Assembly: GCA_012295275.1 (NCBI GenBank)
Contig: CM022666.1
Location: 14,632,001 to 14,696,000 of the forward strand
Reading direction: 5' to 3'
From: Chrysomallon squamiferum
Taxonomy: Eukaryota; Animalia; Mollusca
DNA: 64,000 nt
The position numbers and the translations under genes were made by a program. Of the stretch, positions 61,400-64,000 are shown piece after piece. Numbering within the stretch: the stretch's first letter is position 1; the number at the start of each line of letters is the position of its first letter. The notes under the pieces are model-generated. The model searched no databases. It had not been told where the DNA came from and saw nothing but the letters and a program-made list of their open reading frames with translations.

Positions 61400-62010
61400 A
61401 AAGTATTGTTATTGTTGCTTCTTCTTGCTGCACCTTGTCGTTGGTTGCTGTTGCTGTTGCTGTCGGCTGTTGTTGTTTGTGGTCGTTGCTGTTCGTTGTT
61501 GTTTGTTGTTGTAGTTGGGTGTTGTTGAAGTTCGTTGTTGTTGCTGGTTGTTGTTCTTGCTGTTGTTGATATTTGTCGGTTGTAGTTGGTTTTAGTTGCT
61601 GGCGATGGTGGTGATGGTGGTGGTGGTTCTTGTAGTTGGCTGTTGTTGTTATTGTTGTTGGTTGTTGTAGTTGGTTGTTGTTCTCGTTCGCTGCTGTTGT
61701 AGTTGGTTGTTGTTGTTTGTTTTTGTTGTGCTATTTTGTTGTTTTGGTTGTTGTTGTCGGTAGTTCTTGCTGCACCTTGTTGTTATTGCTGTTGCTGTTG
61801 TTGTTGGTTGTTGTTGTTTCCGGTTGTTGTTGTTCATTGTTTGTTGTTGTTGGTTGTTGTTTGTTGTTGTTGTTTGTTGTTGTAGTTGATTGTTGTCGTT
61901 GGGTATTGTTGAAGTTCGTTGTTGTTGCTTTTGTTGTTGGTTACTGTTCTTGCTGTTGTTGTTGATCGTTGTTGGTTCCAGTTAGTTGTTGCTCTTGTTG
62001 TTGTTGTTCC
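61400..62010. repeat. Degenerate (GTT)n low-complexity tract with an internal duplication
   Basis: TTCTTGCTGCACCTTGT at 61422 and 61764; TTGTTGAAGTTCGTTGTTGTTGCT twice. Confidence 0.9.
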
Positions 62011-62014
62011 AGAA

Positions 62015-62966
62015 ATTAGATCCGAAAACAGATTTTCAAGTAAATAATCGTTTATTCATAAATTCTCTGATTATCAGTAGACGATTATTATTCTCTACAA
62101 ATAGAATAGAGATTTGCCAGTTTTATGTGCAGTCAGTCCGCGGCTTACTATTTCTTTCCGTTCTTACGTGCGTCTGTAAGTCTGGTAAGTAACGTACGGT
62201 TTGCATCTTAGTCAAATATTTATCTACGAATAAAATTATAATATAAATGTATTTTACCTGAAATATCCGAAATATAATACAAGATCAACAACTACAACAA
62301 CAACTATGATAATTATACAACAAGAGGATTACTAGTTCAATGTTTTTACACTTTGTGATGTTGGTTTCATTTATAGTTTCTCAATAAATCGAGATGCAGT
62401 TTCTGAGAAGATTGTTCACTCTGCTGTTAAATGACAGTCATATTAACATAGAAAATTACTAACATGGACAATTCTTATTACAAAACCAGTCTTTATAAAC
62501 AGTAAATTAGAGGTAATGCTACAGTAATGAAACTGAAATGTTGATACTGGAACCCGAATATAATGACTTTATTAAATGTTGTATTTTATATTAAATATAT
62601 ATCTGCCTGAATAGGAGCTGTTTTTCACGGCTGGTTATATCTGTATAATTGTCGTATGAGCCTCTATAAACCCGTATTTGAGCATATCCAGTGTATGGCT
62701 GCAGTATGTGTGTATATATTTTAACATTCTCTGTCTTACGTACGTCTGAATAGACTCTGCACAAAGACAATATTAGGGAACGCGCTGGGACAAGAGGACA
62801 AAGTCCAATTACGACATTACAGACCTTTCAGATGCGCTGGAGCTAGTCGAAAGTACGTCACCAATTCCCCTGCACTTTTCATTTCGGCCATGAAGACAAG
62901 ATTCGCTTCTCAAGTAGCACACCATTCTTTGTGTCTTTCGTCATTTCTGCATACATCTATATTTTG

Positions 62967-63045
<79 letters not shown>

Positions 63046-63245
63046 CATGTATGTATGTATGTATGCATGTATGTATGTATGTATGCATGCATGTATGTAT
63101 GTATGTATGTATGTATGTATGTATGTATGCATGTATGTATATAGCGTACGTGTATATGTATTTATGTATGTATAATCTGTGTGTATGTACGTATATGTAT
63201 ATGTATGCATATATATATATATATGTATGTATGTATGTATGTATA

Positions 63246-63276
<31 letters not shown>

Positions 63277-63344
63277 ATGTATGCATGTATGTATGTATGT
63301 GTGCATGTATGTATATAGCGTACGTGTATATGTATTTATGTATG

Positions 63345-63432
<88 letters not shown>

Positions 63433-63490
63433 CACACACACACACACAGACATCTGCATATATATTCATAAATACACGCATATTCTTCAT
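62015..63490 (-). repeat. Inverted paralog of 22340-23855, with expanded AT/GT/ATGT/GA microsatellite at 62970-63450
   Basis: Colinear reverse-complement match; explains all long YI/HT/ER ORFs here. Confidence 0.9.
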
Positions 63491-64000
63491 CATCGTCCTT
63501 GTTACATGATAAATACGTATTCCTGTTAAACCACAGAACAATACAATGAAGACTTCGGGTTCTGTTCAATAATCAGAAAATAAGGGGAAATCAGAATAGT
63601 AAATATTTTAATTTACATATTTGTTTATTTGTTTGTTTTTATATTTGTTTCCATATTCCTTTATTTTTATTGTTCTTTTTCTTTTTCTTACATTTTTTTC
63701 GGGTCAAGAATTTAAAATAATATTTTTTTTTTTTTTATAAAGTGTCACTGATAGACAGGTAAATGGAACTGAATAAAAATAATAAATATTGTATTACTAA
63801 TACCATTCACTGATAATTTAATTAATGTGTAAAAAAAACACACAAAAAAAAAAAAAAAAAAAAAACCCAACAACAACGAAGGAACGAACGAAGAAAGAAA
63901 TTAAATGATACATATATAAACAATCTAATAAATAAATAAATAAATAAATAGAAGAAAAAAGGGTGATGAAGTTACATAACAAAACAATAGAAAAAGAAAA

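Noticed and set aside
62890-63569. Long overlapping ORFs rich in YI/HT/ER/CV (also 22310-22630, 3167-3367, 58475-58774, 61636-61965)
   Set aside because: Translations of microsatellites and low-complexity tracts.

Overview
Eukaryotic (animal, probably lophotrochozoan/mollusc-like; taxon not provable from sequence) AT-rich, microsatellite-dense window that is almost entirely a segmental-duplication complex. One intact-looking gene: a 3-coding-exon TRIM E3 ligase (45421-48677, +, 698 aa) with an unusual RING-Bbox1-Bbox2-coiled coil-Filamin-B30.2/SPRY-like architecture. It lies in a repeated unit [ANKRD42-like pseudogene - decayed ZMYM1-type hAT transposon - ~7 kb upstream region - TRIM] present twice in direct orientation right of a 200-N scaffold gap (26240-26439), and partly again in inverted orientation left of it (1-17155 mirrors 43547-33477). 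The left copy carries a young (1 visible LTR mismatch) but defective Ty3/Gypsy element with PNMA-type Gag (7567-14656, -). Its leader shows apparent splice sites that would remove the primer-binding site, and contains an exact 92-bp copy of its own integrase sequence. Also present: Tigger fragments, an orphaned paralog of the TRIM 5' region, and minisatellites built from splice donors. All alignments were done by eye, so boundaries are approximate unless a motif is quoted; no RNA genes or CRISPR arrays were seen.
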